IMG/VR virus record: IMGVR_UViG_3300036803_000021 | Location: 1 to 43,827 of that record | Length of the DNA: 43,827 bases | Direction: 5' to 3' (one strand) | Origin: a virus | Lineage: Duplodnaviria > Caudoviricetes | Translations under genes and position numbers: made by a program | The notes under the pieces: generated by a model | Told to the model about the DNA's origin: nothing | Seen by the model: the letters and a program-made list of their open reading frames with translations, nothing else | Databases searched by the model: none | In this document: one piece after another, positions 33,462 through 42,954 of the stretch | Layout: each line of letters starts with the position of its first letter | Numbering within the stretch: position 1 is the stretch's first letter

Positions 33462-34538
33462 TTAGGCAGGAATGCAGCGCATCCCGACAGCAGTGTGATA
33501 GATCGTGTTGCGGCTGGTCAGCGTCAACGTTCCGGCGATCCCCAGCGCATCGAGCAGGATGCCAAAGTGCGGCACGGCGAACGCCACCGAGGTCGAGCCA
33601 TCCAGTTGCCGGATACGTCCGGTGTTCTTCGAGCTGCCGTCGATGGCCTTCAAACCCTGGGGAGCTTGCTCGCAGCCTGCAGCCCACAGGACACGCTCCC
33701 CGAGGGCAGTGGCTATCGGCAGGTTCAACGCCGTTTGTGCGCCGCCGGCAGGGACATCAGAGGCAAACCCGGCGAAGCTACCGACGCCGGTCAGCGACAT
33801 CGGCAACACGATAATGTCCATCGCCTGACCCGCCTTCGAGGCGATCCCCCGAACGGTGTGACGGGTGCTAGCTACCGGACCGAGCAGCCCGAACAGGTGG
33901 ACGCTGCCGTTGATGTTGCTCGACTGGCTGAAGTTGGCCGAGACCTTCGGGGTTCCCATCGACGTGAGTCCGGCACCGCAGTTCATCCCCAGCGTGTCGT
34001 AGCTGGCGTACCCGACGCCGCCTGATTCGTGAATGACGATCATTGCCGCCGTCAAGGCCCGGTTCGGGCCGTTGCCCACATCGCACTTCGCGTCGACCTG
34101 AGTCACGTTCGACGCCCAGGCACAGTCACCGATGCCGTCGTCCTGGATGCCGGAGAGCACGACACCGCTGGCGCCGTATTCCCAACCCACACCAGTGATC
34201 GCGACAGCATTGCTCGCGCCGTTCGACTTGATGCTGATGGAGTCGCCGTCGTCGAGGTTGATCTCGCTGAGGGTCAGACGGTTCACCCCCGGCGTGGTGC
34301 CTATGGCTTTGATGGTCTCCTGGAATAGGTAGCCGATGCCATCAGTGAGGGCATCCCCGGCCCTGAGGATCGTCATCGTCACCGGGCAGTCCGTCGCGGT
34401 CTGGTTCACGAGGTTCAGAGTCACGATCTGCGCGCCGAACCCGGAGGGGGCGTAGATCGTCTGGTCGGAGGTGGTGACCATCTTCCGGAATAGCACGCCG
34501 GGACGCACATTTGGGGCAGTGGTGATGTTCACGGACAT
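33462..34538 (-). CDS. Minor tail/structural protein (beta-rich)
   Basis: ATG at 34538 with AGGAG RBS; last gene of the tail cluster. Confidence 0.7.
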   Translation of the reverse strand: MSVNITTAPNVRPGVLFRKMVTTSDQTIYAPSGFGAQIVTLNLVNQTATDCPVTMTILRAGDALTDGIGYLFQETIKAIGTTPGVNRLTLSEINLDDGDSISIKSNGASNAVAITGVGWEYGASGVVLSGIQDDGIGDCAWASNVTQVDAKCDVGNGPNRALTAAMIVIHESGGVGYASYDTLGMNCGAGLTSMGTPKVSANFSQSSNINGSVHLFGLLGPVASTRHTVRGIASKAGQAMDIIVLPMSLTGVGSFAGFASDVPAGGAQTALNLPIATALGERVLWAAGCEQAPQGLKAIDGSSKNTGRIRQLDGSTSVAFAVPHFGILLDALGIAGTLTLTSRNTIYHTAVGMRCIPA

Positions 34539-34551
34539 AGTTGTGTGTCTC

Positions 34552-37206
34552 CTAGTTGAGTGCAGTTTGCCATCGTTGACTGGCCTTGACGAGTCCCCGC
34601 TTCGATTCCTTGACAATCGAGAACGTCCACGGCGCTGCACCAGTGCCCACTGATGGCTGCACCGCCCGGAGGTCGGCAGCGTGGAACTTGGTGATCCCCT
34701 GCGGCGGGTAGTAGACCCCGTTAACGCGGAGGTATTCCCAGCCGATTGCTGTGAGAACGTTTGCGGGGCCGGGGTATTCACCGTTCACGTCGACCCACGG
34801 CTGCCCAAGGTCGGTAACGGTGCCATCTTTGACACGCGATGCTGTGTACTTCACGCCGTCAGCAGTAGCGCGGAGCCTCTCGACACCGCCGCCTTGCAGG
34901 GGGGCCGCGTTGATCGCGGCGCGGACCTTGATCACACCGTTGATGAAGGTGAAGATCTCGCAGGCATCGACTTGCCCGCCACCTCGGATACGGACCCCGA
35001 CACGCTGGCTGCCGTCCGCGTTAACCCGGATCCACACGATGGCCGACCGGTCTGAGGAGAGAGCAGCAGTGTCGACCTCGATCTCGGCGTAGTGGTCGGG
35101 GGTCTGCAGGGGAAGGGTGTACGGCTGGGCCGACCAGTACTGCTTGTCCACGGTGGGCGTATTGGGCCGCGCGACACCGGCAGTGACAGCGAATCCGTCG
35201 TCCCACTGGTCGAACACGAGCGGCACCGAGGGTGAGTCGGCCATGTCGTAGGTGTAGGCCTGCTGCACACCCATGGGGGCTGCTGTGTGGAAGGGGAACG
35301 TGTTGCTGTGGGGGCTCTCGTGCCCTGCAGCGTCGAATGCGGTGACGTACCCGTTGTACCCCGTGGAGGGGATCAGGTTCGTCAGAAGCAGTGCCACCTG
35401 GCCGATCTGGCTGGTTTGCCCGAGCACATTGCCCGTGTCGGCGTCATATACCTTGTACACCGTGACCCCCACGTCATCGGTAGCGGGCGTCCACGTCACC
35501 GAGGCCGTTGTCGTCGTGGTCAGGTTGCAGGCAGCATTCGTCGGGGGGCTAGGCGGGGTGATGTCGCCAGGGTCGACCGGCGTCGCGGAGATCGTGGCGG
35601 CATAGGAGTACTTCGGTTCTTTGTTGGCGCCGTCGTAGGTCCGGATGCCGTAGTTGGAGCCGGTCGAATCGGTTGTGTTGTTCGACGAGTTCTGAAAGTT
35701 GTAGACGGTGAACCAGGAGCACCACGGGTAGGCGATGATGGCGTCGACCATGATCTTGAGCCAGTCGCGCTCGATGATGGTGTCGGTGATTCCGGGGCCG
35801 GGATAGGAGGTCCCTACCTCGGTGACGAAGATCTTTTTGGCACCGTCGCCCTGGGCGACCATCAGGTCCCGGATGTCGAGCATGTATTTCCACTGCCGGA
35901 TAGTCGGGGTCGGCGCCTCCTCGCAGTAGAGGTGAAAAGCTATGCCGTCCATGAAATCTCGGCACCCAGCCGCATACAGCCCCTTGTACCAGTCAACCGG
36001 GTTCTGCGCCCACCCGAACGCGACATCGTAGGTGGGGACGGTCCCGGCAGGAATCACAAACGCTGACGGCTGCACCGATTTGATCGCCGTATACCCGGCC
36101 TTGATGTAGTCCGCGAACCCTGCAACAGCCTGCTTCGGTTCGTTGAAGAACACATTGTTGGCTTCGTTGAACAGCTCGTAGGTATCGACCCTATCCATGT
36201 AGCGTGTTGCCACTGCTTTGCACAGTGCCGCATAGGACCTCACCGACCCGTCGTACCCCAGCGTGGTGTTCCCCATGATGACCAGCAGCGGCTTAAGCCC
36301 GGCTGCCACAGCCAAGTTCACTGAGAGATCCAGGTCAGCCCACGTCCCGACTTGTACGCCCATGCGGACGCGGGAGCCGCCGATGGCTTTAATGCCCTGC
36401 AGGATGCCGCGTTGCTTCTCTTCGGTCATCGGGACGGGTGACGCTGCGCCCCAAGGGATCTCCGATTGGCACCAGCCGTAGTCGATGAAGTTAACCGGCG
36501 CCGTCGCGACCGTCACGGAGGGCGCGTAACCGACTATCGCGACCGTGGCTCCTAGGCCGGGCCGAATGATCGTGTTACTCCCCAGCGTGGGGGGCCAGCC
36601 CCGGAGAGCGAACTGCGAGGTGCCCGGCGTGACGAACACATTCGCTGTCGCGCTGACGGCTGGCGGGGCACCGCTGAGCGCCACAGTCGCCGCGCCCGGC
36701 GTAATCACCTTATTGGCCGTCACGGTCACTGTGGGCGCATAACCGGCGACGGCGAAGGTGCCAGGGCCGGGGACAACGGTTCGGGGCGTCAACACTGTTG
36801 GGGCAGAACCGGCGAACGCGAACTGCCCAGTACCGGGCACGAACAGCTTATTGCCGGAGGTGACGATATTCGGTGCGAGCCCCGCGAAGGCAACAGTCGC
36901 CGGGCTGGGAGTGATAACAACGTTCGCTGTGACGGTAACCGTTGGCGCATAACCCATCACAGCTACCGTGGCACCGGATGGCGCAACCTTCACGTTGGCT
37001 GTCACCGTCACTGCTGGGGCTGAACCGGCGACCGCGAATACCCCAGCGCCGGGCGTGAGCTTCACATTCGCTGTCGCCGTCACTGTGGGCGCGGAACCCA
37101 TCACCGCGAAGACCCCGCCGCCCGGCGTGATCACCGTTGATATGACAGGAGGGAGCGCCCGACCAAAGAACGGTCGCGCCGGATACGACCTACCCCTGAT
37201 CGCCAT
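34552..37206 (-). CDS. Tail protein: ~25-aa repeat stalk + clan GH-A glycoside hydrolase + fibronectin III + C-terminal beta-sandwich
   Basis: YELFNEAN (acid/base), DGIAFHLY and KIFVTEVG (nucleophile) motifs; DITPPSPP...WTPATDDVGVTVY...VTAFDAAGHES FnIII. Confidence 0.85.
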   Translation of the reverse strand: MAIRGRSYPARPFFGRALPPVISTVITPGGGVFAVMGSAPTVTATANVKLTPGAGVFAVAGSAPAVTVTANVKVAPSGATVAVMGYAPTVTVTANVVITPSPATVAFAGLAPNIVTSGNKLFVPGTGQFAFAGSAPTVLTPRTVVPGPGTFAVAGYAPTVTVTANKVITPGAATVALSGAPPAVSATANVFVTPGTSQFALRGWPPTLGSNTIIRPGLGATVAIVGYAPSVTVATAPVNFIDYGWCQSEIPWGAASPVPMTEEKQRGILQGIKAIGGSRVRMGVQVGTWADLDLSVNLAVAAGLKPLLVIMGNTTLGYDGSVRSYAALCKAVATRYMDRVDTYELFNEANNVFFNEPKQAVAGFADYIKAGYTAIKSVQPSAFVIPAGTVPTYDVAFGWAQNPVDWYKGLYAAGCRDFMDGIAFHLYCEEAPTPTIRQWKYMLDIRDLMVAQGDGAKKIFVTEVGTSYPGPGITDTIIERDWLKIMVDAIIAYPWCSWFTVYNFQNSSNNTTDSTGSNYGIRTYDGANKEPKYSYAATISATPVDPGDITPPSPPTNAACNLTTTTTASVTWTPATDDVGVTVYKVYDADTGNVLGQTSQIGQVALLLTNLIPSTGYNGYVTAFDAAGHESPHSNTFPFHTAAPMGVQQAYTYDMADSPSVPLVFDQWDDGFAVTAGVARPNTPTVDKQYWSAQPYTLPLQTPDHYAEIEVDTAALSSDRSAIVWIRVNADGSQRVGVRIRGGGQVDACEIFTFINGVIKVRAAINAAPLQGGGVERLRATADGVKYTASRVKDGTVTDLGQPWVDVNGEYPGPANVLTAIGWEYLRVNGVYYPPQGITKFHAADLRAVQPSVGTGAAPWTFSIVKESKRGLVKASQRWQTALN
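36490..37140 (-). repeat. About nine degenerate 22-26-aa repeats (PGxxxFAVxGxAPTVTVTANxxIT)
   Basis: Visible in the translation of residues ~25-235 of the 884-aa ORF. Confidence 0.85.
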
Positions 37207-37207
37207 T

Positions 37208-37900
37208 TCAGTACCTCGATGCCCGGTTGATAGCCTGCGTCACCTTCAAGTTAGGCACGACAAGCGTTGGGGCAGGCAGCAACTCGATGCCCGCAGCAGC
37301 GAACGCGCCAGCCGTTGACGTGCCACTCACCACCACTGACGACGATCCGGCCCCGTCACCAGCGATATACCCCGGCGCAGAGCCGCCGTTGCTCTGCCGT
37401 GACGTGAGCGTGAACCCGGTGTAGGCACCGGCCTGGTACTGCCCGAGAGCGCCCCACACTAGACGGCCAACAGCCGATGCCACCGTCACCGACGCCAGCC
37501 CGGCAGAACCAAACGCCGTCTGCAAGGTGCCAATTGATAACACACCCGAGTAGGTGAACGACATCCCGAAAGCATTGGCGAAGTTCAGGCCCGAGTTGGT
37601 GATGCTGTATGTGCACGTTTTCGCCGAGCCGTTAGGGATGCCTAAGCCTCCGAACACGGCGATAAACCCGCCGATACTCGTGTTGCCCATCAGCACTGAG
37701 CCGAGGTAGGAAATCCCTGTCCCGCCGATGCTCGCGGTCGGCGTCCCGGACGGCACACCTGTCGCAGACCCAGCATTGCTGCATATCACTGCGACCAGCC
37801 CGCAGTTGCCCGCTACATCTTGCGTCCACAATTGGCTCAGCGTGCCTGTCTGCAGGCCAGATGCTGAGCTGACCGCCGATGCGTCGAAGAGAACAGGCAC
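37208..37900 (-). CDS. Minor tail protein (Gly/Ser-rich beta protein)
   Basis: Composition and position; similar in style to the C-terminal half of 33462-34538. Confidence 0.7.
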   Translation of the reverse strand: MPVLFDASAVSSASGLQTGTLSQLWTQDVAGNCGLVAVICSNAGSATGVPSGTPTASIGGTGISYLGSVLMGNTSIGGFIAVFGGLGIPNGSAKTCTYSITNSGLNFANAFGMSFTYSGVLSIGTLQTAFGSAGLASVTVASAVGRLVWGALGQYQAGAYTGFTLTSRQSNGGSAPGYIAGDGAGSSSVVVSGTSTAGAFAAAGIELLPAPTLVVPNLKVTQAINRASRY

Positions 37901-37907
37901 AGGCGGC

Positions 37908-38417
37908 TTAGACCTCGATCACCATGTAGCAGAGCGCATTTACGGATGCCCCGAACTTCACGCGGATGCGCCCGAACTTGCCGGGCTGGATGATGCCCTC
38001 GTTGCCGAGGACCCACTGGTACACATACTGATTCGTGGGCGCGATCTGCTGCGCATCCAGCTCCCGGACTGCCGTGATCGTGCCCTCCGCCGACGCGGTA
38101 TACCCGGTCAGCGCGGTCCCGACCTGAACGAGGTTGGTCACCGGGTCACCGTTGTTCAGCGCCTGCGCGTCGAGCTTATGAATGCCCGACGTGACATGCG
38201 CAGTAACCGTTGCGGCGACGTCGGTTTCGATCAGCTCGCAGATCCCCGGCGTGGCCGCTGCTGAGGCATCCATGGAGATGCCCCATTCCTTGACCTTCAC
38301 CCCGTTCGTCGCGCTGGGCACCACCTGCAGCAGCGTCTTGATCGCCGTGCCCGTTGCGACCGGCACGATAGATGCCGTTGTCGGCATCGGCGCATTGTAA
38401 ATCTTGTAGAGTGCCAT
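37908..38417 (-). CDS. Minor tail/structural protein
   Basis: 169-aa beta-rich ORF with RBS, in the tail cluster. Confidence 0.7.
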   Translation of the reverse strand: MALYKIYNAPMPTTASIVPVATGTAIKTLLQVVPSATNGVKVKEWGISMDASAAATPGICELIETDVAATVTAHVTSGIHKLDAQALNNGDPVTNLVQVGTALTGYTASAEGTITAVRELDAQQIAPTNQYVYQWVLGNEGIIQPGKFGRIRVKFGASVNALCYMVIEV

Positions 38418-38433
38418 ACGTTTTCGCTCTCCC

Positions 38434-39111
38434 TTATACGAATGAGAAGACGGGGGCTGGGGTTCCGTCCGAGTCGATGGTGAGCGTGTTGCCGGTCGTG
38501 ACAGTCACGTCAGCCGGAGCCGAGTCGAGCAGGCAGTAAGCCAGCACGTCCCCGGCCACCTCGTAGAGCGCGGCATACCGGGCGACAAGGCTGCCACCGG
38601 AGGCAGTCCACACCGCGTTGGTTGGAATCTGGATCGTGTCGGGCAACTTCACATTGACCGCCGATGACGCCGACGCGACAGGGGCCGACCCGACCTTGAT
38701 AGCCGAGAGAGATCCGGCTGTGGAGGTAGCCGTCGCGAAGTACAGGCCCTCGTTGGCTGCCGTTGGGTGGCTCCGGACCCGGAACATCGAGTTGGCCTGG
38801 ATCACCGGAAGGTTGTTGCCCGCCGAGGTGATGGTCACCGAGTTGCCGGATGGGGTGCCCCACACGGCATCCGACACAGCGGTCGCTGCGCCGGTCGTGA
38901 TGGTCATCGCTGCCGCGATACCGCCCGCGGCGTAGCCGTTGGCGGCGGCGAGCTCGTTGGTCACACCTGCGAAGGTGGTTGATGCCACGCCGAGGTTCGT
39001 CGCGGAGGTGAACAGCGCGATCTTGTAAGTGTCAGTGTCAATGTCGAACTGACCGTTGGCGATCTTAGTGAGCCCCGTATTCGTGGGAGTCCATAGTCCT
39101 GGTGCTGCCAT
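38434..39111 (-). CDS. Minor tail protein
   Basis: DTDTYKIALFTS...NELAAANGYAAGG...WTASGGSLVARYAALY pattern of phage tail proteins, with an internal insertion. Confidence 0.75.
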   Translation of the reverse strand: MAAPGLWTPTNTGLTKIANGQFDIDTDTYKIALFTSATNLGVASTTFAGVTNELAAANGYAAGGIAAAMTITTGAATAVSDAVWGTPSGNSVTITSAGNNLPVIQANSMFRVRSHPTAANEGLYFATATSTAGSLSAIKVGSAPVASASSAVNVKLPDTIQIPTNAVWTASGGSLVARYAALYEVAGDVLAYCLLDSAPADVTVTTGNTLTIDSDGTPAPVFSFV

Positions 39112-39165
39112 TTCTCAATTCCTTTGCTCTAGTGATGAATCCTGTTGACGGGTAAAGCTATTCGG

Positions 39166-39408
39166 TCATAAAACGGCCCCGCGTGCGCTCATGCGTAGCA
39201 GGCCCTCTCGGGCCTCCATGCTTGCCGGATGCGGGGGAGCTACCCCCGTCAGCGGGTTCTCATCTTGGCCGGCGACCCGCCGCAGGGAGGCGTGGCAGTC
39301 GTCGCAGATCGGGTCGTCGATGATGTGCCCTGGTCGGGGCACCTCGGGATGCCATTCGTGTTCGCACTCTTTGCTTTCGAGGCAGCTAGGGCACACGCTC
39401 TCGGGCAT
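39166..39408 (-). CDS. Small Zn-binding hypothetical protein
   Basis: CPSC....C...ICDDCH. Confidence 0.55.
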   Translation of the reverse strand: MPESVCPSCLESKECEHEWHPEVPRPGHIIDDPICDDCHASLRRVAGQDENPLTGVAPPHPASMEAREGLLRMSARGAVL

Positions 39409-39411
39409 CAG

Positions 39412-40608
39412 TCACCACGTCCCGTAGGTAATCGCCTTGCTGGTGATTGCTGGACCCCAGAACCCGTCATCGTTTCGATCATCCCCGTTGGAGGTCAGGA
39501 GAACTCCCCGTGTGGTGGAGTTATGGGTGAGCGTACCGCCATCAGGCCACTCGAAAGTGCCGTCATTCCACCGGACCGGCTGCAGGTTGCGGAGAGCCGT
39601 GACCTTGCTGACCCCATCAGTTCGCAGGTCGAGGGCAGTGAGGTCACCTAGCCGGTTGGCGCCGATAAAGTCGGCTTGCTGCTGCACGACGGTGAGTCTG
39701 GGAGAGCCCCGGGTGACGAGCCGGAGCGCGTCCCCGTCGAATCCCCGGTACACCTCCAGGTCGACCCCGCTGGACCCGTCCGAGGGGGAGCAGATCCCCC
39801 CGCGCGCCAAGCCGTGCATCGACGGGGTGACGATGAAGTGCATCCCGAACTTATCTGCAGCCACACCCGATGCCCGGTAGGCGACGGTCTCGGAGGCAGC
39901 CTGCACGAACAGCCCTCGGGCGCTGAGCACGAACGCGCCGACGAGGGCAGTCCAGCCGGTGACCCCGTTGCTCGAGAAATCGTGGGTGAACCCGCTGCTG
40001 GCCAGGGTGTTGGTCTGCGCCTGTTGCGTGGCCTGCTGCCCGAATATCTGTTGGAACAGCCCGCCGAGGTCGGTGAGCCCCTTGTTGAACGAGCCGAATA
40101 GCGAGTCGAGCGGGTTGCTCCCCGGTGTCTGGCTGGCCCCGGTTCCGGGGTTAATCCCCACCAGTGCGAGCAGCGCCGTGAGGCCGGGGACGAGCCCGAT
40201 CAGCAGCCGGACCGGGGTGAATAGCGATTGGAGGCTCAGCAGCGTTTGGTCGGTGCCGGTGTAGGTCCCGAGAAGTGCCTCTAGGAGCCCGACGAACTGG
40301 CCGACAAAGGGGAGGTTCTCAACGAACTCGATGAACAGGGGGCCGAGGTCCTCGACGCTGTTGACTGCACTCGGGTCCGCGTTGGCGATGGTTGCATTCC
40401 ATCGTGCCCAGAAGTCGGTCAGGAGCCCGAACGGCGACAGCGGCGCGGACGGGTCACCGCCCGTCGTGTTGTTCGCCAGGGAGGGGAACCATTCCAGAGC
40501 GCGGCCCTTCGTCGCCGTGGAGGTGTGATCCTGCAGCCGGGATGCGAGATTTTCGAGGGTCAGGACTATTCCACCGGGGAGGCCGGGGGTACCTCCGGGG
40601 GCGGTCAC
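39412..40608 (-). CDS. Minor tail protein
   Basis: MTAPGG start, helical N-terminus, beta C-terminus; follows the DUF2744-like gene. Confidence 0.75.
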   Translation of the reverse strand: MTAPGGTPGLPGGIVLTLENLASRLQDHTSTATKGRALEWFPSLANNTTGGDPSAPLSPFGLLTDFWARWNATIANADPSAVNSVEDLGPLFIEFVENLPFVGQFVGLLEALLGTYTGTDQTLLSLQSLFTPVRLLIGLVPGLTALLALVGINPGTGASQTPGSNPLDSLFGSFNKGLTDLGGLFQQIFGQQATQQAQTNTLASSGFTHDFSSNGVTGWTALVGAFVLSARGLFVQAASETVAYRASGVAADKFGMHFIVTPSMHGLARGGICSPSDGSSGVDLEVYRGFDGDALRLVTRGSPRLTVVQQQADFIGANRLGDLTALDLRTDGVSKVTALRNLQPVRWNDGTFEWPDGGTLTHNSTTRGVLLTSNGDDRNDDGFWGPAITSKAITYGTW

Positions 40609-41063
40609 AGATCGATCACCGGCACATCAATAGGCGCGACTGCCTTAGCGCGGCTGCCGGAGGGGAACCGCTTAGGGATCTTTGGGGCCTCAGCCGTCCG
40701 TACGACGACGGGATCTGCAGTCTGGTGGTTCTGCTGCTCCGGGACCGGCTGAGCCATCTGTGTGGCGCCGTCAGTGATCCACGCCGGGGCGTGCATCGCG
40801 GTCGGGTCGATGTCGGCGGTCTGCCGGACCCCGTAGGCCTGGAGCTGCTTCGCGATGGGGTCGAGCACGTCGGTCAGCATGTGGATGGGCATCTCTGTAG
40901 CGGTGAGGAGCGCGCTCGCGAGGGCACCTGTCAGCGCCTTGATCTGACCGTCCCTGTCGTCGAGGTCGGGGATCTTCCGGGGCACGATGATGTCGTTGAT
41001 GTCCTGAGGGTCTGTTGAGTGGCCCTGCCCCGGCACGAAGGGCTGATCGTCGGATGTGGTCAT
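40605..41063 (-). CDS. Minor tail-associated protein (DUF2744/gp29-like position)
   Basis: IAKQLQAYGVRQ...PAWI pattern directly after the Tal-like gene. Confidence 0.6.
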   Translation of the reverse strand: MTTSDDQPFVPGQGHSTDPQDINDIIVPRKIPDLDDRDGQIKALTGALASALLTATEMPIHMLTDVLDPIAKQLQAYGVRQTADIDPTAMHAPAWITDGATQMAQPVPEQQNHQTADPVVVRTAEAPKIPKRFPSGSRAKAVAPIDVPVIDL

Positions 41064-42820
41064 AGCAGTCCGATCTGTGTGAGGCCAGTCGCGGCCTTGG
41101 TGGTGAGTTCGGCGATCCGGTCGAACAGATCCTTTTCTTTACGCTTGTCGCCGAACGATCCCTCAATCTTCAATCCCTCTTTGTCCCAATCGAAGTTGAG
41201 GGAACGGCACCGCCGCGTGTACACGTGAGGCAGAAGATATTTGTTGGTGCCGCCTACCCGGTCGCCTAGCCAGTAATGCCCAAACCCGTTGTCCCCAATA
41301 ATCCACGGTGTGCAGTTGGCAATTTTGAGTGTGAACTCGGTGCCGGGGTCAGTCTCCCTGCGGCGGGCCCGCAGATCTGTGACCGACGCGGCAGTGAACG
41401 CCTGAGTGACGTTGGTGGATGCGGTTTCGAGGTAGTGCCCCCAGCCCTGGGCGGCTGCCCGGAGGATCAGCGGCACGCTGTTGTAGGCGAGGATCGAGTC
41501 CTTGTAGATCGGTTCGAGGAACGCATTGAGCGCGCCGCCGAGGGACCCCACAGTGACGTCGACACCAGCGATAGCACTCAGAGCGATATTCAGGTTGTCG
41601 CCAAGTACGTCCCCGCCGTACTCGACGAATGCTTTGATGATCTCGTTGACGCCGGGCATCGACTGGCCTCCGGCAGTGATCCGGCAGGCCCCACCGGGTG
41701 AGATCGCGAACTCCGACTCTTGGATACCAGTGAAATCCCCGTCTACGTACACGACGTAGGGGTCTGCCGGTGGCGTGGCCAGCCAAGCGGGGAGCCGGAA
41801 TTGGTTGGTGTCGTACTGAGCGCCGGTGAACAGGTTGTAGGAGTCCTCCACGTTGTTGGCTGTGAGGCTGCCGATAGTCCGGGTGAGGCCGGTCAGCAGG
41901 TTGCCTCCGAGGGAGGTCCCGGACCGGTATCCGGACTTGTTCACAAAGTCGACGAACAGGGTTCCGTTGCGCCAGGCGGTGCCCGCGCCGGGGAACGGCT
42001 CCGGGTCCCCGGTCAGGTATCGGCGGGTCACCATCTGCAACTCGGCGTCTTCCAGGATGGGGGCAGCCACATCAAAGAACGACGTTCGGATGCTCCCGAC
42101 CGCGAGCGCAAACGGCTCCACAGACGTGCCAATTGCCTTGGGTACCACCACGATCTGCGACTGATTCCAGATCCCGAATAGGTTGAGCAGGTTGTCGATC
42201 GTCCAGTTGGCCGGGTTGAGCAGCCCGAGGATATTGGCGATGGAGATGTTCGTCAGCTGGTTGCGGATCAGGTTGCATACGAGGGTCAGCCGGAGGGCAT
42301 CGTCGGCCTGCATGAACAGCATCCACGCCTTGGGCTGCTGGATGAGATTCAACGGGAGGAACGGATTACCTGCTGTGTGAACGAATTTCAGCTCCTCGGT
42401 GTCCTCCAGGAACTCGATGGATACCTCGTCGCCGTCCTTGCTGCGCCGGACCTTCACCCCCGACTTGGGTTTCATCCGGCCACCGATGCGGGCCCCGACC
42501 GTCTCGACGATGATGTGAATGTTCGCGGTGCCCCGCGCATCCTGATCGAGGCACCAGAACGCGGCCCAGGTGCGGCGCTTGTCGTTGACGTCGATGGGGA
42601 GCCGCAGCTTGATGAGGCCGGACTCGTTGACCTCCAGCGCCATGCTCCCGGCGATCTCCCCGTAGACGCGGCCCCGGAAGACCCAGTTACCGTCGTAGAG
42701 AGCCACACTCGGCTTGTCGTAGGACCTTTCGACCCTGTAGCGCCGGGTCTCCCGCGCCCACGCGGTGAACAGGTCGTGATCGGTCCCGACGAAAGGCTCA
42801 GCGTAGGCGGCGACAGTCAT
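41060..42820 (-). CDS. Minor tail/baseplate hub protein (Gp37-like)
   Basis: LYDGNW, RRYLTGDPEPFPGA, GGQSMPGVNE and PWIIGDNGFGHYWLGDRVG, hallmark of the conserved mycobacteriophage minor tail protein. ATG at 42820. Confidence 0.9.
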   Translation of the reverse strand: MTVAAYAEPFVGTDHDLFTAWARETRRYRVERSYDKPSVALYDGNWVFRGRVYGEIAGSMALEVNESGLIKLRLPIDVNDKRRTWAAFWCLDQDARGTANIHIIVETVGARIGGRMKPKSGVKVRRSKDGDEVSIEFLEDTEELKFVHTAGNPFLPLNLIQQPKAWMLFMQADDALRLTLVCNLIRNQLTNISIANILGLLNPANWTIDNLLNLFGIWNQSQIVVVPKAIGTSVEPFALAVGSIRTSFFDVAAPILEDAELQMVTRRYLTGDPEPFPGAGTAWRNGTLFVDFVNKSGYRSGTSLGGNLLTGLTRTIGSLTANNVEDSYNLFTGAQYDTNQFRLPAWLATPPADPYVVYVDGDFTGIQESEFAISPGGACRITAGGQSMPGVNEIIKAFVEYGGDVLGDNLNIALSAIAGVDVTVGSLGGALNAFLEPIYKDSILAYNSVPLILRAAAQGWGHYLETASTNVTQAFTAASVTDLRARRRETDPGTEFTLKIANCTPWIIGDNGFGHYWLGDRVGGTNKYLLPHVYTRRCRSLNFDWDKEGLKIEGSFGDKRKEKDLFDRIAELTTKAATGLTQIGLL

Positions 42821-42954
42821 TCGTCGTCCCCTATCGCGGTCCGGCACTCCTGGCAGAGGTCATCCGGGCTGCAGCCGGTCTTGATCTCATGTGCTTGCCG
42901 GAGCGACAGCCCGGCCTCGACAACAGCAATGCCCTCCGGGGTGATCTCAATCAT
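42817..42954 (-). CDS. 45-aa micro-protein with H...C.....C..C motif
   Basis: MIEITPEGIAVVEAGLSLRQAHEIKTGCSPDDLCQECRTAIGDDE; ATGA overlaps with both the Dit stop and the next start. Confidence 0.6.
   Translation of the reverse strand: MIEITPEGIAVVEAGLSLRQAHEIKTGCSPDDLCQECRTAIGDDE

Noticed and set aside
36490-37140. Repeats in the tail gene as a possible DGR template/variable pair
   Set aside because: Degenerate protein-level repeats without adenine-specific differences, and no reverse transcriptase in the genome.
39144-39175. Plus-strand TTGACG with a possible -10 in the gap before 39111
   Set aside because: Poor -10 match, and it would point antisense into the tail genes with no plus-strand gene to drive.
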